Source: a virus
Virus genome (UHGV): UHGV-1428848
Direction: 5' to 3' (one strand)
Length of the DNA: 64,000 bases
This document shows positions 38,177-47,813 of this stretch, one piece after another; positions within the stretch are counted from its first letter, which is position 1; each line of letters starts with the position of its first letter. The notes below the pieces were generated by a model, which saw nothing but the letters and a program-made list of their open reading frames with translations, had not been told where the DNA came from and searched no databases. Position numbers and translations under genes: made by a program.

Positions 38177-39859
38177 TTAAACCATTACAGTAAATCGACC
38201 AACTTTCTTCATTTGAAGATGCTGACCGTATGCTTGCGGGTCATGGTCTCTATGTGAAATAACAAAAACATTAGTATTTTTTAAACTATCTAAAATAGTT
38301 GAAATAGCTTTTACACCTTCAACGTCGGTCGCTGAATCAAAAACTTCATCAAGAATTAGTGTGTTTATTTTAACACCTGAAACTTTTTCAGCAATATCAC
38401 GCCAAGTAAATAAAAGAGCAATATCAATTCGTGCTTTTTCACCTTGACTGAATGAAGCATAACTAAAATCTTCACGACCACGGGATTTAATTGTCTCATT
38501 AAATTCTTCATCTAATGTAAACACATAATCCGCTTCCATTATTTTAAGATAATGGTTAATCTGCTTATTAAATAATGGAATGTACTTTTTAATAATAGCA
38601 CCTTTAATACCAGAATCTTTGAGCATATCAGTCAAAATTCCTCGGTGGTATTTTTCCATTACTAAATTAGTTTTTGTCTTAACAATTTTATCAAGTTCTT
38701 CTTGAAGCAGTGCTATTTCATCGGCATGGTCAATAAACTCAGAAGATGCTTTTTCTATAGCTGCTTTAACTTTTTTAGCTTTATCTACTGTCGTGATTAG
38801 AGATTGCTTTTTATTGCGAATATCATTTGCCAACGTCTGCTGGGTTTTAATATTATCTCGGTATTCATCAACAAGAACTTTTAAATTATCACGATGTGTT
38901 GAAAGCTGTTCAAACGAATGCGTACATTCAGAAACTTTATCTTTAATTTTAGAAACAACTTTATCACCTGAACTTAATTGTGACAAGCAGGTTGGACATA
39001 ATCCGCCTTCGTGATACATATTAATGACTTTATTATACGAGTCAATTTTTGATTTAATTAAAACTGCTTCTTGACCGATTTTATTAAATGCATCAGTCGG
39101 GTCTTCATCTAAAACAATATTAACTAATCTTTCATTAGCTTCTTCTATTTCCGATTTTAGCGTTCTAGCTTCTTTTGCCAAATCATCATACATATTTTGT
39201 AGACGAGTAAGGTTGTCACCCGTTAATTTTTTCTGGCGTTCAACGTTATCATTATATATTTTAATTTGTTGGATAATACTATCTTTTTTAACATCAAGCA
39301 CTTGGTTTTGTGAATTTAATTCACGTATTAGCGCTTTATTAAGCTTATCCATTTCAGCTAATGTTCCTACCTCAAGCAGGTCTTCCACAAGCTTTCTTCG
39401 TGCAGGGGTCGACAAACCCATGAAAGGGGTATACCCTGCTGTACCAAGGACAACAATCTGCTTGAAACTGGCATATGACATTCCGATAAGCTGTTCAAAT
39501 TCTGCTTGGAAATCTTTACTGCTGGCAGATTCATTAAGACGTGTACCGTTAACGGTGATTTCGAAAACGTTTGGTTTTTGTCCTCTTTTGATATAGTACT
39601 TTTTCTCATCATATTCCATCCACAGTTCAACTAAAAGTTCTTTCTTATTTGTGCTGTTTATTAATTGACCTTTCTTTACATCACGAAATGGCTTGCCAAA
39701 AAGCCCAAACGTGATGGCTTCTAACATAGTAGACTTACCACCGCCATTTCGTCCAGTAATAAGAGTTTTTTGAACCTTATCTAATTGAATGTCAATAGGA
39801 TTTCCACCTACTGACATTATATTTTGATACCTAACTCGGTTTAGTTTAAAATTCTTCAC
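38177..39859 (-). CDS. 46: recombination nuclease subunit (SbcC/Rad50-like ATPase)
   Basis: 560 aa as in T4 gp46; Walker A GRNGGGKST, coiled-coil with CPTC zinc hook, signature and Walker B at C-terminus. Confidence 0.9.
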   Translation of the reverse strand: MKNFKLNRVRYQNIMSVGGNPIDIQLDKVQKTLITGRNGGGKSTMLEAITFGLFGKPFRDVKKGQLINSTNKKELLVELWMEYDEKKYYIKRGQKPNVFEITVNGTRLNESASSKDFQAEFEQLIGMSYASFKQIVVLGTAGYTPFMGLSTPARRKLVEDLLEVGTLAEMDKLNKALIRELNSQNQVLDVKKDSIIQQIKIYNDNVERQKKLTGDNLTRLQNMYDDLAKEARTLKSEIEEANERLVNIVLDEDPTDAFNKIGQEAVLIKSKIDSYNKVINMYHEGGLCPTCLSQLSSGDKVVSKIKDKVSECTHSFEQLSTHRDNLKVLVDEYRDNIKTQQTLANDIRNKKQSLITTVDKAKKVKAAIEKASSEFIDHADEIALLQEELDKIVKTKTNLVMEKYHRGILTDMLKDSGIKGAIIKKYIPLFNKQINHYLKIMEADYVFTLDEEFNETIKSRGREDFSYASFSQGEKARIDIALLFTWRDIAEKVSGVKINTLILDEVFDSATDVEGVKAISTILDSLKNTNVFVISHRDHDPQAYGQHLQMKKVGRFTVMV

Positions 39860-40071
39860 AAAAGATTCCTTTTAATGTATCTTTTAGACCATTCTATCAT
39901 ATCATCATAATCTAAAAAGTATTCATCAAATTCAGCCACGCAAACAACACCTTGTGCTGTTTTTGATGTAATATAAATTATTCCAACATATCTAGAATCT
40001 TCTTCGGTATAATCAATATTTGCTATGAATTCATCATTAATGTCAAATGTCGAAAACTTCACAGTATGCAT
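39856..40071 (-). CDS. hypothetical protein (71 aa)
   Basis: Internal ATG with AAGG SD; the longer track ORF overlaps the upstream ORF. Confidence 0.4.
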   Translation of the reverse strand: MHTVKFSTFDINDEFIANIDYTEEDSRYVGIIYITSKTAQGVVCVAEFDEYFLDYDDMIEWSKRYIKRNLL

Positions 40072-40306
40072 CCTTAATACAAGATACAGCCATATCTTGT
40101 AATGATTTAGGTGTGTCATTATCTAAAATGTTGAAGTTAAAAGATACAGCCCAGTCAGTGCAGACCGTAACCTTTTTAATACAATTATCTTCAACCTCTA
40201 GCGGTTCAAACCAATATTCAATAATTTCTTTATGACCAATATCATCTTTTACTTCGCATTCAAAATGCTGACTCATCATAACATTTTTAAATTCATCAAA
40301 AGTCAT
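40043..40306 (-). CDS. hypothetical protein (87 aa)
   Basis: ORF track; 46.2 position. Confidence 0.45.
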   Translation of the reverse strand: MTFDEFKNVMMSQHFECEVKDDIGHKEIIEYWFEPLEVEDNCIKKVTVCTDWAVSFNFNILDNDTPKSLQDMAVSCIKDAYCEVFDI

Positions 40307-41322
40307 TGTGTTGCCTCTACATATAACTGATTTGCATATTGAATAAGTGCTTCACGATCAGAATCAGTGATGTCTGGAATTGCATTAATGTATTCTTCCA
40401 TCAACGTCTGAAGAGATTGAACTTCAACTTCTTCACTGTCATCTGACTCGACAGAGTTATCAATCTTTGACACAACTCGTAATGAATGCACAACTTTTTC
40501 TAGTTCAGATTCGAACTTCGTCAGATTTTTGTCTACTTCAGTTACTATAACACGTACTGATAGATTTGTAAAATCTTTATAGTCAATTTTTCCTTTAAAT
40601 GGATAATGAATTCTACGGTGCCAGGTAGTATTGTTTGGAATAAATTCCATTCGTTCTGTTTCTGTATCAAACATCCAGAACCCACGAGAGTCATTCTCGT
40701 CACCTGCAGTTAGTGTCCATGGTGTCCCAATATATCTGACGTTTGCAGCCTCAGAAATAGTATGGAAGTGACCAGACCACACTTCTTTATAAGTCTTAAG
40801 GAAATCGGGTTCAAGACCGTGAGATTTCATTCCTTTATAAAAATAAAATCCATTCAGTTCCCAGTGACCAACACAAAAAGAAGCAGAAGAAGTTTTTATG
40901 TGCTCGAGAATTTCACCAGTATTTTCTTCACACATCCAAGGAATCAAATCAATTAAACATCCGTCAAAATCTACTGTAGTAGGCTTATCATATACTTTAA
41001 CATTAGGATATTTAGCCAAAAGCTCAGTAGAGGCATTTGGATGCATTACATTTTTGTAGTGGAGATCGTGATTTCCTACAATAGTATGTAATGTGATTCC
41101 AGCATCATCAAGCATTTGAACTATTTCACGAGCAAACTCCATAGTTTTATGCGTGATTGCTTTTCGCACATCAAAAATATCACCGTATTGAATCCAGGTA
41201 GTAATTCCATTTTTCTTAGAATATTCTATCGCTTGTTTAATTCCATCAATTTGAATACCGCGAATCCACTCATCATCAGCTTTAACGCCTAAATGCCAAT
41301 CACCCAAGTTTAGTATTTTCAT
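40303..41322 (-). CDS. 47: recombination nuclease subunit (SbcD/Mre11-like phosphoesterase)
   Basis: 339 aa as in T4 gp47; calcineurin-like motifs (DWHLG, GNHD). Confidence 0.9.
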   Translation of the reverse strand: MKILNLGDWHLGVKADDEWIRGIQIDGIKQAIEYSKKNGITTWIQYGDIFDVRKAITHKTMEFAREIVQMLDDAGITLHTIVGNHDLHYKNVMHPNASTELLAKYPNVKVYDKPTTVDFDGCLIDLIPWMCEENTGEILEHIKTSSASFCVGHWELNGFYFYKGMKSHGLEPDFLKTYKEVWSGHFHTISEAANVRYIGTPWTLTAGDENDSRGFWMFDTETERMEFIPNNTTWHRRIHYPFKGKIDYKDFTNLSVRVIVTEVDKNLTKFESELEKVVHSLRVVSKIDNSVESDDSEEVEVQSLQTLMEEYINAIPDITDSDREALIQYANQLYVEATQ

Positions 41323-41923
41323 GGTGTCTTTTCCATCCTAATTTAGCTGCTTTTGAAACCAGTTCTTTAATTTTTCCTTTTGTCCATTCAGGACCAGGAG
41401 GTTCATGACATAACATTTGCTTAACTCCGTTATTATACCATTTTTTACCTTTATTATGTGATGAAGCTTTAAATTTATTTGACCTTCCTTTTACATAACC
41501 TTCTGGAATATAAGGTAAAAATGCAGATTTTCCTGTTAATGGATCATGTGAATGTATATTTCCTTTACAATTATGAGAACCATATAATGGATGATTTTTT
41601 CCTTTAATATCTCTTCCAAATGAACCTTTTGGAGCAGCATATGACATATTAAAGAATAATGGATTTTTAACTGCATCATGCAATCGTTGATAATATAACT
41701 CGCATTTAATAGCTTCTTCACGCGTATCAAATTCAGCTAAAATGCATGAATCAAATAAGTGAGGATTATCTGAAAGCTCTTTATTATAAATTTTCTTATA
41801 CTTTTTAGATAAAACTGAACCATGATATCCAGCTAAATGCCTATCTAAAGACGTAGATCCAATATAAAAAGGAGGAAGTTTATCTCCACTATATATTGTT
41901 AAATAAGTTATATATTTTTTCAT
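41300..41923 (-). CDS. GIY-YIG family homing endonuclease-like protein (207 aa)
   Basis: N-terminal YITYLTIYSGDKLPPFYIGSTS (GIY...YIG), downstream Arg/Glu, basic C-terminal repeats (GKNHPLYGSHN, HNKGKKWYNNG); 3' end overlaps gene 47 start by 23 nt. Confidence 0.55.
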   Translation of the reverse strand: MKKYITYLTIYSGDKLPPFYIGSTSLDRHLAGYHGSVLSKKYKKIYNKELSDNPHLFDSCILAEFDTREEAIKCELYYQRLHDAVKNPLFFNMSYAAPKGSFGRDIKGKNHPLYGSHNCKGNIHSHDPLTGKSAFLPYIPEGYVKGRSNKFKASSHNKGKKWYNNGVKQMLCHEPPGPEWTKGKIKELVSKAAKLGWKRHHENTKLG

Positions 41924-42060
41924 ATATCAAGAACCGTCATTGAAATGCAAAATAAAATTATTGAAATAAACCCATCTGGTGTGCTAAAGAACCCAATCCA
42001 ACATGCTCTAGTGAATAGATAAAATGCAAGAAAAAGTATCACATATCCAAGAAATATCAT
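41920..42060 (-). CDS. small membrane peptide (46 aa)
   Basis: Hand-translated MIFLGYVILFLAFYLFTRACWIGFFSTPDGFISIILFCISMTVLDI; ATG overlaps a TATAAT, so translation is uncertain. Confidence 0.3.
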   Translation of the reverse strand: MIFLGYVILFLAFYLFTRACWIGFFSTPDGFISIILFCISMTVLDI

Positions 42061-42061
42061 T

Positions 42062-42099
42062 ATATCAAACTCCGTATAAAGCTAAAGGGCCGAAGCCCT
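42062..42099 (-). promoter_or_regulatory. hairpin plus candidate MotA-dependent middle promoter
   Basis: AGGGC-TTCG-GCCCT after a-gt stop, then TTTAGCTTTA - 12 nt - TATAAT on minus strand; same module as upstream of gene 39. Confidence 0.35.
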
Positions 42100-43302
42100 T
42101 TATTTTGTAATAATGTCAAACTGTTCTTTAAAGCAGAAGCTTGAATCTTGGTGCTGATACAAAAATTCATATGCTTTTTCTCGCTCACGGTCATAAAGAG
42201 CTCGGTCAGATGACAGTTCTTTAATACGTTCAAATGTTGATTCCATATCATTTTCATCAAACCAAATGATACCGCTATCATGCGAGGTCAAAGGAGTATT
42301 ATCAACACGGAATTTTAAATTTTCGCCAGTAGATTTCCAAAATACCGGAATTGTTCCACATGCACCAAGCTCGAGATGAGTATATTCTAAAGAGCGCTGT
42401 AGATATTTTTTATCCAACTTACTCAACTGATAACCAAAACCGGATTTACTCATACGTTCAAGCATTTCGCTATTTACATAACGGTCAAGAATTTGCGTTG
42501 GCAAATTAGGAGCAATTTTAATTTGGTCTACTTGATGAAGACGATAATACTCGTATGGAATTCCTTTTTCTTTAATAGGAATGAACGCTGGAGAACGTTC
42601 CAGACCTTCCATAATAGTACTTAGTCCTGCAGGTTTAAGATGTTTTTCATGAAAATCAAACATCTGATAAAAACCTTTCCATGTAGTCGTACGACCAATC
42701 CAACGGTTGATATTCATGTTAATTTCAGAAACATCTTTCCAGTAGGTTGATCGAACCTTCGCAATATCCATAGGAGGCTGAAAGTTATATACGGTCGGTG
42801 CTTCTTCAATATCATCAAACAGAGAAACAGTTTCTGGATACCACTCTTTCATCAGAACTTTATTAAAATCACCATTATCAGAATGGCTAAAAATAACATC
42901 AGCTCGACGAACAGTTTCTTCTAATCCCAAATTTCGACGCAAAGAAAGAGAAGAATGGTCATGCTGATAAACTACAACACGAACAGAAGGTTTAATGTTA
43001 TCAATAATTTTTTTATAGTTATTAATAGTGTCTTCTTCAACCGAAGTAGCAGGAACTGAATTGATAATTAGAATATCACAATCATTTACCAGCTTAAGTG
43101 TTTTATCGTATTCTTTTGCCAATAAAACCGGAATTGAAAATGATTTATAATCATGCGCGCAATTACGAGTAAATGATTTATCTTTAGCATAAACCAAAGT
43201 TACTTCATGACCATTTTTAATAAACCAATCACGTTGCTCGAGTGAGAATTTTGTTACACCACAACCTTCAAGACCTCGAGCCATAAAAATACATACTTTC
43301 AT
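42100..43302 (-). CDS. a-gt: DNA alpha-glucosyltransferase
   Basis: 400 aa as in T4 alpha-gt; position between 47 and 55. Confidence 0.7.
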   Translation of the reverse strand: MKVCIFMARGLEGCGVTKFSLEQRDWFIKNGHEVTLVYAKDKSFTRNCAHDYKSFSIPVLLAKEYDKTLKLVNDCDILIINSVPATSVEEDTINNYKKIIDNIKPSVRVVVYQHDHSSLSLRRNLGLEETVRRADVIFSHSDNGDFNKVLMKEWYPETVSLFDDIEEAPTVYNFQPPMDIAKVRSTYWKDVSEINMNINRWIGRTTTWKGFYQMFDFHEKHLKPAGLSTIMEGLERSPAFIPIKEKGIPYEYYRLHQVDQIKIAPNLPTQILDRYVNSEMLERMSKSGFGYQLSKLDKKYLQRSLEYTHLELGACGTIPVFWKSTGENLKFRVDNTPLTSHDSGIIWFDENDMESTFERIKELSSDRALYDREREKAYEFLYQHQDSSFCFKEQFDIITK

Positions 43303-43545
43303 TTAATATCCTCATTGTTTTGGTTTATTTTACCAAAAATTTATAAAGCAATATAGGAGCCGAAGCTCCTATCCGCATAATACACCGTATAGAGGCTCAT
43401 TAGAGCTTCTAAATTTTATACGCTTATATGTTATAGTTCCTTCTGCTTTAGCTTTATCATGAGACTCTTTAAAGCGTCTCATCATTTCCTCTTTAGAGGA
43501 ACGAATTTTATTATAATCTATTTCAGAAGTCTGGGTGTTCATCTT

Positions 43546-43752
43546 TCATAGTTGCCACCATTTTTTGACTTGATAGGAATCAACCCACACTTTCATATTA
43601 GGGTCTGCTCTTACAATAGGAGGATTAACTTCTTTAATTGAACTATCATGGTATTCTTTTTCAGAAATTTTCACACAAAGATGACCATTCAAAGATTCAG
43701 TAAATCCTGCATTAATTTTAAGACGCTTGAATTTTACGTGTGTAAGCATCAA
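43546..43752 (-). CDS. hypothetical protein (68 aa)
   Basis: ORF track. Confidence 0.4.
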   Translation of the reverse strand: MMLTHVKFKRLKINAGFTESLNGHLCVKISEKEYHDSSIKEVNPPIVRADPNMKVWVDSYQVKKWWQL

Positions 43753-44035
43753 TCATATCCTCAATCTGCGATCTAGTAGTCTTCCAAAGAATACTGATAA
43801 GTTCATCGTTATATGGCTGTTTTAGAATATCCCGACTTTTCTTGATAGCATATTCGTATTGAGCAAAATTATTATTTTCAGCCGCAATCTGAGCATGCTT
43901 ATAAAGACGATTCAGTTCGCGTTTGTTTTTAGACAATAACTTATTTGCTTTTCTTTCTGCTTCAAGACGGTTCTTTTCTTCAATAGAAGAAATAAGCTTT
44001 TCCACTTCATCATTAATTTCGGGTTTATCAGTCAT
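43718..44035 (-). CDS. hypothetical protein (105 aa)
   Basis: ORF track. Confidence 0.45.
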   Translation of the reverse strand: MTDKPEINDEVEKLISSIEEKNRLEAERKANKLLSKNKRELNRLYKHAQIAAENNNFAQYEYAIKKSRDILKQPYNDELISILWKTTRSQIEDMIDAYTRKIQAS

Positions 44036-44036
44036 A

Positions 44037-44255
44037 TTATTTCTCTAATATAAAATAAAAATCATCATCTGTTAAATGATACCGATAGTTTAATTCTACA
44101 CCATTAGATTTAAAAGCGGTATCATACGGATTTTCTGGATCAATATCAATGTCAAGAGCTAAAACTTCCCTGAGATACATTTTAAGTAAATAGGGAATAG
44201 CTTCAACTTCAGGTATTTCTTCCAAGAATCCGGAGAGGTTAATCGTTAGCCTCAT
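44037..44255 (-). CDS. hypothetical protein (72 aa)
   Basis: ORF track. Confidence 0.45.
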
Positions 44256-44796
44256 ATAAAAAATCCAAACTAGGAGAATCGTCTACAACACTTTTCTTTT
44301 CAGCCCCTGGTGTTCTATAGGTTGATTCTTCGTAATGCGTCATTTTATCATAGATGTCTTGAATAAAAGTTTCATCTACTAACGCAACCATATCGTCGTC
44401 ACGGCTGTCATAGACATTGTGAACGAAGTAACTATATTTCTTTGCAACTTCCTTACGTTCTTTTTTAATACGTTGGACGAATGCATTAAAACAAGCTTGA
44501 GTTATATATGCATGTGGGTTTTTATATTTCGTTTCATCAAAATTATGAAGCCCCTTAATAGAAGCTTCTATACCATCTGCAATCATTTCTTGTTTCCAAG
44601 ACTGGGTGTATCCTGAAAAGTTGAAACGCTTAGATAAGCCTTCTGCAATAAGCATAATGGCTAATCCGATAGTATCATTCTGACGAACTACTTTATTTGG
44701 GTCTTTATTATTTGCTAATTCTGTTTTCCAATCAATAATAGCTTGTAAAAGCTCTTTATTGTTTACGTAATTATATTTAGGCTTAGTTTCTGACAT
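44239..44796 (-). CDS. 55: late-transcription sigma factor
   Basis: 185 aa from MSETKPKY..., as in T4 gp55; position upstream of a-gt. Confidence 0.75.
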
Positions 44797-44874
44797 TTTC
44801 ACCTCTTAGCTCAATTCATAGATCTATTATATCATAATATTTGAAGATCTATCTTAAAGCATAGAGGATATCAG

Positions 44875-45144
44875 TTATCTAAGTAAACAGTATGCTTGGA
44901 ATACTTTCTCCATCATCTTTTTAAATTCATGAATATCTATATAATGACTAGTTAGATCAGCATGATATAAAAAGTCTAAAAACTTTTCATGTGTACTAAC
45001 ATATTCACTTTCATTTAATTCAGAAACATGGCTTTCCCAATATCCAACACCAGTCTTATTTGGGAAAAATGAAATTTTCATGTATTGGTCAACATAGAAA
45101 ATGCCATAATTTTCAATAGTAATAGAAATATTAATAAATTTCAT
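44875..45144 (-). CDS. hypothetical protein (89 aa)
   Basis: ORF track. Confidence 0.45.
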   Translation of the reverse strand: MKFINISITIENYGIFYVDQYMKISFFPNKTGVGYWESHVSELNESEYVSTHEKFLDFLYHADLTSHYIDIHEFKKMMEKVFQAYCLLR

Positions 45145-45356
45145 ACATTCATCAACTTAGCCGCTTCAAGAGCTGCATCTAGTGAATCAAATTGATCAAC
45201 ATATTCAATCAATTCGCCGTAATTAGCGTATAACCACCATTGGCTAAATTCATACTCAAGGATGAATCCATTTCCTTCAATTTGAGTTAAACCAATGCCA
45301 TTTGTATTTACTTCATACCCAGCAAGACGTAAATCGTTAATAAGAGCTTCGTTCAT
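45141..45356 (-). CDS. hypothetical protein (71 aa)
   Basis: ORF track; ATGA coupling. Confidence 0.45.
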   Translation of the reverse strand: MNEALINDLRLAGYEVNTNGIGLTQIEGNGFILEYEFSQWWLYANYGELIEYVDQFDSLDAALEAAKLMNV

Positions 45357-45358
45357 AA

Positions 45359-45685
45359 TTATACCTTAGTAATTTTCAGGTCTGCAAATTTTTTCTTGCG
45401 TTGATTTTTCATGCGACGAATAGTTTTATCGGAAATTTCATGCTTTTGATAAGCTTTAGATTCTACGCCAAAAGCTTTAACATCAAATTCTGACAAGATA
45501 TATTGAACCAACAATTCACGGACAGTATTGCGTCCAATCTTCTGATCATTCTGTTTCATCGTTTGATGAAGCTCTTTTTCCCATTTATCCAAAATTTGAG
45601 GAGTTACAATATCGCCTTTTTCTAGCAAAGAAACTACTTTATCATATGCGTAAGAATTGATGGCGTTTTTAATTTGAATAGTCAT
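45359..45685 (-). CDS. hypothetical protein (108 aa)
   Basis: ORF track. Confidence 0.45.
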   Translation of the reverse strand: MTIQIKNAINSYAYDKVVSLLEKGDIVTPQILDKWEKELHQTMKQNDQKIGRNTVRELLVQYILSEFDVKAFGVESKAYQKHEISDKTIRRMKNQRKKKFADLKITKV

Positions 45686-45736
45686 ACATTATCCTCAATT
45701 GCATTAAAATTTTATTATCCAAAAGGGCCGAAGCCC

Positions 45737-45937
45737 TTAGCTAAACTTTTTGGCACCCTTCCAGCCTTCGTACATCATTGCGGCTGATATTAATATTGCT
45801 CCTGAGCAACTTGAATATTTGTGATTCCAAAACCAGTTTAGAAAAACTTCATCATCAATACCTTGGGCTATCATATTTTCAAAGAACTGACGACGAGATT
45901 CGGCAATTCGTTGTGATAATTTAGATTCAGGATTCAT
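45737..45937 (-). CDS. hypothetical protein (66 aa)
   Basis: ORF track; GC hairpin (45722..45737) upstream. Confidence 0.4.
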   Translation of the reverse strand: MNPESKLSQRIAESRRQFFENMIAQGIDDEVFLNWFWNHKYSSCSGAILISAAMMYEGWKGAKKFS

Positions 45938-46069
45938 TTAAATTTTCCAGTTACCATTTTCATCAATAAATTTAATCCAGTCATTTACTGACCACTTAGT
46001 TGTATCGCCTTTTGGAGTAACATTTAAAGTATATAGCCCTTGCTTAAAAAGCATTCGTTTGATATTCAT
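45938..46069 (-). CDS. hypothetical protein (43 aa)
   Basis: Internal ATG with GAGGAAAA SD; MNIKRMLFKQG...; the longer track ORF overlaps its neighbour. Confidence 0.35.
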   Translation of the reverse strand: MNIKRMLFKQGLYTLNVTPKGDTTKWSVNDWIKFIDENGNWKI

Positions 46070-46076
46070 ATTTTCC

Positions 46077-46370
46077 TCAGCTGTAACGATAACACTCGTT
46101 TGATTTACGTTTAGCAACTCGTTGAGAAGTATTATAATCAAAATCATCGTCAATGTAAACTGATTTTTTCAACTTTCTTACTTCACCACGTAATTGGCGA
46201 TTTAGCTCATCTTTAACTTCTGAATCAATACCTTTCATTCTACGCCATTTATCTGAGCGAAAAATGTTTTCAACCATATCTTTATGACTTACCCCATCAG
46301 GAGCTTTACGCTTTCCGAAATAGTCATAATCACGAACTTTCAAGTCTTTACGACGATACGTTTTACCCAT
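46077..46370 (-). CDS. basic protein (97 aa)
   Basis: ATG at 46370 with AAGGAAA SD; Lys/Arg-rich. Confidence 0.4.
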   Translation of the reverse strand: MGKTYRRKDLKVRDYDYFGKRKAPDGVSHKDMVENIFRSDKWRRMKGIDSEVKDELNRQLRGEVRKLKKSVYIDDDFDYNTSQRVAKRKSNECYRYS

Positions 46371-46545
46371 GGAGTTTAATTTCCTTAGCAACTGAACTAA
46401 ATACAGCACGATCACAAATCATGTGTTTATGTAACTTGAGTATAATATAGCAAACTTCAAAACTATTTACATGAGTAACACGAACAGCATTACCATTAAT
46501 GAGATAATACTGTCCCTTTTTAATTTCTTTATCAACCACAACCAT
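46363..46545 (-). CDS. hypothetical protein (60 aa)
   Basis: ORF track; directly after early promoter. Confidence 0.4.
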   Translation of the reverse strand: MVVVDKEIKKGQYYLINGNAVRVTHVNSFEVCYIILKLHKHMICDRAVFSSVAKEIKLHG

Positions 46546-46574
46546 ATCAATTCCTCAAAGGTAATTCATGTGTT

Positions 46575-46605
46575 AATAATACCACAGTTTGAGCTCGTTG
46601 TAAAC
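46575..46605 (-). promoter_or_regulatory. T4-type early promoter
   Basis: Minus strand GTTTACAACGAGCTCAAACTGTGGTATTATTAACAC. Confidence 0.5.
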
Positions 46606-46685
46606 AACTTTGTGAAAATTATTTTAGGGAATGATAAGAAGGGAACGATAGCTTAGAATGGTAATATACAGAATGTAAGAAAGAA

Positions 46686-46703
46686 AGGCCCAGAGGGCCC
46701 GTC
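46686..46703 (-). terminator. GC hairpin after nrdH
   Basis: GGCCC-AGAG-GGCC(C) stem-loop immediately after nrdH stop. Confidence 0.4.
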
Positions 46704-47012
46704 TCAGTCTTCTATGATATCTCTATCATATCCAAGTGAAATGAGAGTTTCTTTGAAGTGTTTAATGTTCTTTTGTCTAGAATCATTAATGAAAATGACT
46801 GGATAACGAATGTTAAGAGATGTGAATCCAGCGCGTTTAGCAAGAGATACAATCAGCGGACGATCATACTCAATCTTACCATTATTTGTAAGAACTTTAT
46901 AGAAAGTAAAAGGAGCATTGAGCTCCTTTAGAAGTTTTGTAACTGATTGACATCCAGGACAACGACCTACTTCATCTGGAATTCCATAGACTTCAATCTT
47001 ATTTTGTTTCAC
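46704..47012 (-). CDS. nrdH: NrdH-like glutaredoxin
   Basis: 102 aa; CPGC redox motif; adjacent to nrdG/nrdD. Confidence 0.65.
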   Translation of the reverse strand: MKQNKIEVYGIPDEVGRCPGCQSVTKLLKELNAPFTFYKVLTNNGKIEYDRPLIVSLAKRAGFTSLNIRYPVIFINDSRQKNIKHFKETLISLGYDRDIIED

Positions 47013-47014
47013 AA

Positions 47015-47227
47015 CTATTCCTTACTAAGAGCAGCATTCAACTTGTTAGTAATTTTATCCAGACGCTTATTGAACTCGCTAGAAGATAAGCCCTTTTCTG
47101 GAGAAATTAAACTAATAACGAAAAATACAACAATAAAAGGAATAAGGAAAATAGCTCCAACTGCCATAAACAGAAAGAATGTTACAGTTGTAAGAAAATC
47201 AGCTAAACCTTTACGAAATTTATACAT
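47015..47227 (-). CDS. small membrane protein (70 aa)
   Basis: ORF track; TM segment FLFMAVGAIFLIPFIVVFFVISLI. Confidence 0.45.
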   Translation of the reverse strand: MYKFRKGLADFLTTVTFFLFMAVGAIFLIPFIVVFFVISLISPEKGLSSSEFNKRLDKITNKLNAALSKE

Positions 47228-47342
47228 ATTTTACCCTTAATTGATTAACCAAGCATTGATAAGCACTAAACTATATTGCGAATAAAATTCTGGACCAAAA
47301 TGAAAAATCATATCATTTATAGTATCCATAATGTAATTCAAT

Positions 47343-47813
47343 TTAATCATGTGTCCACACCCCATCGGTATTTGACCAAAGTCGCTGATTATCTGATCCT
47401 CGCCACAGCTTTTTGGTCGGAAGATTTTTCTCATACTTCCCATCAATAATAACATCAACATATTTAAGCATTTCTAGTTGTTTAATATCTTCAAACTTAT
47501 ATCCTGTCCACAACCAAATGCTTTTACTGGGATAAAGATTTTTTACTGTTTGAACAATGCAATGAATCACGTCTCTGTTATCAGGATAAAGAGGGTCACC
47601 TCCGGTTATAGTTAATCCTTCTATATAATCATTATTCAAACATTCAATTAATTGCTCTAGTGTCTCTCCAGTGAATGGAATACCATTTCTAGCATTCCAT
47701 GTTGATTTATTATAACACCCTTCGCATTTATGCAAACAACCTGTAACGAAAAGAACGACCCTGCATCCAGGGCCATTCACAAAATCACAGGGATAAAATC
47801 TATCGTAATTCAT
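47343..47813 (-). CDS. nrdG: anaerobic ribonucleotide reductase activating protein (radical SAM)
   Basis: 156 aa as in T4 NrdG; Cys cluster CRVVLFVTGCLHKCEGC. Confidence 0.85.
   Translation of the reverse strand: MNYDRFYPCDFVNGPGCRVVLFVTGCLHKCEGCYNKSTWNARNGIPFTGETLEQLIECLNNDYIEGLTITGGDPLYPDNRDVIHCIVQTVKNLYPSKSIWLWTGYKFEDIKQLEMLKYVDVIIDGKYEKNLPTKKLWRGSDNQRLWSNTDGVWTHD

Noticed and set aside
42060-42281. 73-aa ORF overlapping the alpha-gt 3' end
   Set aside because: Nested within alpha-gt in another frame; its apparent start region is better explained by the 46-aa ORF and promoter module
47237-47461. 74-aa ORF overlapping the 3' end of nrdG
   Set aside because: Almost entirely inside nrdG in another frame with no independent signals
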